A DNA stretch of 64,000 bases from the human T2T-CHM13v2.0 reference genome, Homo sapiens. The stretch is taken from NCBI RefSeq assembly GCF_009914755.1, contig NC_060933.1. One strand, given 5' to 3'. Made by a program: the position numbers and the translations under genes. The notes under the pieces were generated by a model. It saw only the letters and a program-made list of their open reading frames with translations, was not told the DNA's origin and searched no databases. Positions 56,848 through 64,000 of this stretch are shown one piece after another. Position 1 is the first letter of the stretch. The number at the start of each line of letters is the position of its first letter.

Positions 56848-58849
56848 AAATTCTGTAAAGAATAGAAACAGGATGTTGTGGATAGTGAGACTTAGCAGGA
56901 AAGAGTAAAGTGAGGAAACCCAAAGCAGGCAAACCTCACTGCAAGTTTATCAACAAAAGTACCCTGACATGTATTATAATAATAAAAGTTAAAAATTCTG
57001 AAGACTCCTGCTCACACAATTGAGAGTCACTGAGCACCCAATGAAAAGTTAATTTCCTAAAATATTAAATGGGAAAAGAAGGATGATATTTGATACATTT
57101 TATCCCTTCCCAGATTTCAAGTGATTGAAGATGTAAAAATGCAACCAGGAGTAGCTCTGAGAAACACCAGGATTATCTATCCACCCTTCTGAAGCTGAGC
57201 AGCAGATTTATGGAATCAGAACAGGGAATGGACTGGGTGCTTAACACCAATTAGAGCTGCACATCTGAAGAAGGGAAGAGAAAGATCCAAAAATCTCACA
57301 AGATAGGAGGAGAGTGCAGATCAGAACCCACCACCTTCTCTGACTCCAAATGCAATGCTCTTGGCTTGTCTGCGCACCACTTCTTCTCCATCTCCAGGTC
57401 ACTGCATTTAATTCTATCCCATCTGAGTATGTGAAATGGAAGCTTGTTTAGAAAAATCTTTTTATCTGCCACCTCCTGAATCTTAATTCGTCTTAGTGCC
57501 AAAATGTATAGTAATCCACAAAGCTGAAGAAGGCTGCATCATGTTTGGGACTTGTTCCCCGCTCATTTGGATGGCTGGATCAGAAACAACAGAAGAAAGA
57601 GTGCTTGTCTCTTGTGAGTTTGCCAACTGAGTATTTGGATTCAGATGGATCACACGCAACACATCAAATTGTTTTTAGCTCAGTATCCAAACATTTGATT
57701 TTTTTATCTACACTAATTCCAAATTTTATAAAGTTGTTGAAAGTTGCTTGTGGATAAGTTCATACATATTTGAAAAAGACACAACCAAAATACGTTTCTA
57801 CTTGTCAGGTGGGACTGGGACAAAGGAAAATATGTTTGTAGAATGAGGGTAAATACTTCTTCCCTGGCAACAGATTTTTAAAAAAGAATTTAGAAAAGAT
57901 GTAAGTGATGATCTATCATGGAGATGAATAACAGATTTTAGCAGACAGCTACTCTGTAGTGGAAAATGTTATGAAGAATCCTGAAGCTATACTCCTGCAA
58001 TGCATGAGAGAGGGTCTCCATAGATTGAGGATGTCTGTCATGAACATAGGAGGTATCAGTGGCACACACAGATCAGGCATAAACCGCCTCTGATCTGACC
58101 TAACGAAATACTTTTCTAATGACAGACAGGGACAGTGGCTAAACAGACTCTGTACTTAGGTACAGAGCCTAGGTTTCCTGACTTCACTTTCTTGACTTTC
58201 ATCATTCTAGCACAACTTAAAACCTGGTATCTTCCAGTTTGACAAAGAGAAGTCTCACCACATACCAAGCAGTTTCTTCAAATGTTTTGTTCTTTGAAAC
58301 AAAATCAAAACAATCAGTAAAATAAAGTTTCCTCCTATTCCTGAAAAAATGGTCCAGACAGGCTCGTAGACATCAATGCGGCCTTGTCACAACATCTCAA
58401 CTCTTAGCCACACTCACAAGAAGAACTTGTAGATTCCTCATAGATGTTCTCAAGTTAGAAGGCAAAGCACAACCCTTTTTGACTTTTTCTAACTGATGCT
58501 TGTTTGCAGAAAGAGTAAACAAGGCCCAGATTTTTATTCATCTGTGGGGCTGTGGGTAGCTAATTTTTCTTTGAGCCTGCCAGGTTCTACATTATATAAG
58601 GAAGACTTTTTAAAAGAGGAGCCCTGCATTAATTTAGAGAGAAACCAGTTAGACCAAACATGCTTGTAACATATGGGAAGAGGCACAGAAGGCATGAGTT
58701 GTTCCGGACAGATGAGCAGAGGAGGGAGAGTGGGGGAGCAGAATTCTCCTTTTGTGATCCCTCCTGCTGATCTCACCCAAACAAACTCGTCTTAGAACTT
58801 CAGAGCCACAACTGGACAGAAAGCTACCCATTCTCTCTGCCTCCCACAG

Positions 58850-58884
58850 TCTCACTCTCTCTCTCTCTCTTTTTTTTTTTTTTC
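58850..58884. repeat. (CT)n plus poly-T
   Basis: Read directly. Confidence 0.9.
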
Positions 58885-59135
58885 ATTTGACAGGATCTGA
58901 GCCAAATGGCTCTACACTTTCCTTGCACTGATTCAGAGCATATTCAAGTCATCTAGGGAAATGCATCTCCCTACATATGCTCATGTGGAAAAATAAACAT
59001 ACTAAAATAAAAAATTTGGGATTTGACCCCAATTTCTAGGATCTACTGTGTCTTCCAGGAGGGGATAATGGTGTAACCTGGGGCTACATAAAAAACAAGC
59101 CCTAAAAGTACAGCTTATAAAATTAAAATGGTAGA

Positions 59136-59285
59136 GGCTGGGGATGGTGCTCACGCCCGTAATCCCAGCACTGTGGGAGGCCAAGGGGGGTGGATCACCT
59201 GAGCTCAGGAGTTCAAGACCAGTCTGGGCAACATGGTGAAACCCCACCTCTAAAAAAATAATAATAAATAAAATTAAATTAACAT
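59136..59285 (+). mobile_element. Free left Alu monomer (FLAM_C-like)
   Basis: Single Alu left arm followed by an A-rich tail. Confidence 0.85.
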
Positions 59286-59794
59286 TAAAATGGGTGGATA
59301 GTGAGCAGCCTAGTGATCTACCACCTAGATTGCACTTGACCTAGAAGATAAGAACACTAATCCTGTCTCTAACACACACAAAATAGCTGTATGTTCTTGG
59401 GTGAGTTGTTGTCTTTTCTGGGGCTAATTTCTTACTCTATAAATTATCTCTGCCCTCCAGCTTTGTTGCTCCCAGTCTCCTACAGAACCCTATATTTGCT
59501 TCCATTGTCCCATTGTTCCTGCTGCACTGGAATATGATTATGTGCTTGGTCTGCATGTTAAGGTGGAGAGAATCTGGGCCTTAGAAGGAGATTTGGATTG
59601 GATTGCTGACACCAGCCCCCAAGTGTATAATCTTGAGCAAGCCAATTAAGACATGCCTAATTTATATAAAGGGGAGAAAACACCATGGTATAATGTCTCC
59701 TCACCAAGGTTCTTCTAAAGGTTAAAAATCAGAGCACATATAAAAATGCCTAACTATGCATAATTCTAAGATTCGTAAATCTTAGCTTCCCTCA

Positions 59795-61893
<2,099 letters not shown>

Positions 61894-61950
61894 TATGATG
61901 TTAGCTGGTTATTTTGCTTTGATGCAGTTTCTTCTTAGCCTTGATGGTCT

Positions 61951-62965
61951 TTACAATTTGGCATGTTTTTGCAGTGGGTGGTACCGGTTGTTCCTTTTCA
62001 TGTTTAGTGCTTCCTTCAGGAGCTCTTGTAGGGCAGGCCTGGTGGTGACAAAATCTCTCAGCATTTGCTTGTCTGTAAAGTATTTTATTTCTCCTTCGCT
62101 TATGAAGCTTAGTTTGGCTGGATATGAAATTCTGGGTTGAAAATTCTTTTCTTTAAGAATGTTGAATATTGGCCCCCACTCTCTTCTGGCTTGTAGAGTT
62201 TCTGCCGAGAGATCAGCTGTTAGTCTGATGGGCTTCCCTTTGTGGGTAACCCGACCTTTCTCTCTGGCTGCCCTTAACATTTTTTCCTTCATTTCAACTT
62301 CGGTGAATCTGACAATTATGTGTCTTGGAGTTGCTCTTCTCGAGGAGTATCTTTGTGGCATTCTCTGTATTTCCTGAATTTGAATGTTGGCCTGCCTTGC
62401 TAGATTGGGGAAGTTCTCCTGGATAATATCCTGTAGAATGTTTTCCAACTTGGTTCCATTCTCCCCGTCACTTTCAGGTACACCAGTCAAACGTAGATTT
62501 GGTCTTTTCACGTGTCCCATATTTCTTGGAGGTTTTGTTCGTTTCTTTTTATTCTTTTTCTCTAAACTTCTCTTCTTGCTTCATTTTATTCATTTCGTCT
62601 TCCATCACTGATACCCTTTCTTCCAGTTGATTGCATCGGCTACTGAGGCTTCTGCATTCATCACGTGGCTCTCGCGCCTTGGTTTTCAGCTCTGTCAGGT
62701 CCTTTAAGGACTTCTCTGCTTTGGTTATTCTAGTTATCCATTCATCTAATTTTATTTCAAAGCTTTTAACTTCTTTGACATTGGTTCGAATTTCTTCCTG
62801 TAGCTCGGAGTAGTTTGATTGTCTGAAGCCTTCTTCTCTCATTTTGTCAAAGTCATTCTCCATCCAGCTTTGTTCCATTGCTGGTGAGGAGCTGCATTCC
62901 TTTGGAGGAGGAGAGGCATTCTGATTTTTAGAGTTTCCACTTTTTCTGCTCTGTTTTTTTCCCAT
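61951..62965 (-). pseudogene. L1 ORF1, frameshifted
   Basis: MGKKQSRK...FREKE* followed by VKRPNLRL...LQKHAKL in another frame (shift near 62555). Confidence 0.95.
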
Positions 62966-63980
62966 CTTTGTAGTTTTATCTACCTTTGGTCTTTGATGAT
63001 GGTGACGTACAGACAGGTTTTTGGTGTGGATGTCCTTTCTGTTTGTTAGTTTTCCTTCTAACAGACAGGACCCTCAGCTGCAGCTCTGTTGGAGTTTGCT
63101 ACAGGTCCACTCCAGACCCTGTTTGCCTGGGTGTCAGCAGTGGTGGCTGCAGAATAGTGTACATTGGTGAACCGCAAATGCTGCTGCCTGATCGTTCCTC
63201 TGGAAGTTTTGTCTCAGAGGAGTACCCGGCTGTGTGAGGTGTCAGTCAGCCCCCTACTGGGGGGTGCCTCCCAGTTAGGCTACTCGGGGGTCAGGGACCC
63301 ACTTGAGGAGGCAGTCTGCCCATTCTCAGATCTCAAGCTGCGTGCTGGGAGAACCACTACGCTCTTCAAAGCTGTCAGACAGGGACATTTAAGTATGCAG
63401 AGGTTATTGCTGTCTTTTGTTTGTCTGTGCCCCGCCCCCAGAGGTGGAGCCTACAGAGGCAGGCAGGCCTCCTTGAGCTGTGTTGGACTCCACCCAGTTT
63501 GAGCTTTCGGGCCACTTTGTTTACCTACTCAAGCCTGAGCAATAGTGGGCGCCCCTCCCCCAGCCTTGCTGCCACCTCGCAGTTTGATCTCAGACTGCTG
63601 TGCTAGCAATGAGCGAGGCTCCGTGGGCATAGGACCCTCCAAGCCAGGTGCGGGATATAATCTCCTGGTGTGCCATTTGTTAAGCCCGTTGGAAAAGCAC
63701 AATATTAGGGTGGGAGTGACCCGATTTTCTAGGTGCCGTCTGTCACCCCTTTCTTTGACTAGGAAAGGGAATTCCCTGACCCCTTGCGCTTCCCAGGTGA
63801 GGTGATGCCTTGCCCTGCTTCGGCTCACGCATGGTGCGCTGCACCCAGTCTCCTGCACCCACTGTTCGGCACTCCCCAGTGAGATGAACCCAGTACCTCA
63901 GTTGGAAATGCAGAAATCTCCTGTCTTCTGTGTCACTCACACTGGGAGCTGTAGACTGGAGCTGTTCCTATTCGGCCATC
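62966..63980 (-). promoter_or_regulatory. L1 5'UTR (sense internal promoter and antisense promoter)
   Basis: About 1015 bp of L1PA 5'UTR. Promoter function is known for the family but not shown for this copy. Confidence 0.85.
63542..63805 (+). pseudogene. L1 ORF0 homologue, start ATG>ATA
   Basis: GAPPPALLPPRSLISDCCASN...IRVGVTRFSRC matches primate L1 ORF0. ATA at 63542-63544 is followed by in-frame GTG. Confidence 0.85.
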
Positions 63981-64000
63981 AGTTGTCTTGATTTTTATGT

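Noticed and set aside
58069-58098. Small hairpin cagatcag...ctgatctg
   Set aside because: Stem too short for a pre-miRNA, and no other support.
63981-64000. Start of the sense 3' half of a twin-primed L1
   Set aside because: These 20 nt do not match the expected continuation caagacagggatgccc on the + strand. The 7-nt tgtcttg match is likely chance. It cannot be fully excluded at the window edge.

Overview
Primate (very likely human) AT-rich intronic or intergenic DNA dominated by interspersed repeats: Alu, L1PA/L1M, L2, MIR, MaLR/ERVL solo LTRs and hAT MER elements. The only long ORFs are L1 ORF1/ORF2 remnants, and I find no convincing host protein-coding gene. One well-bounded minus-strand exon candidate (5392-5663) and several weaker ones suggest the window lies inside a spliced minus-strand lncRNA. 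The exon's peptide tentatively reminds me of the putative CCDC26 (8q24) ORF, but this is an unverified memory. The most informative structures are a twin-primed (5'-inverted) L1PA with a 17-bp TSD, a probable much older twin-primed L1MA, and a 3'-amputated L1PA with a nearly complete 5'UTR. That last element has a clipped YY1 site, retains the 129-bp ZNF93 segment and keeps an open ORF0 frame. There is also a degenerate minisatellite with higher-order structure and a micro DUP-INV-DUP scar. I see no evidence for a wholly new biological system. Repeat subfamily names and the boundaries of old repeats are by eye and approximate.
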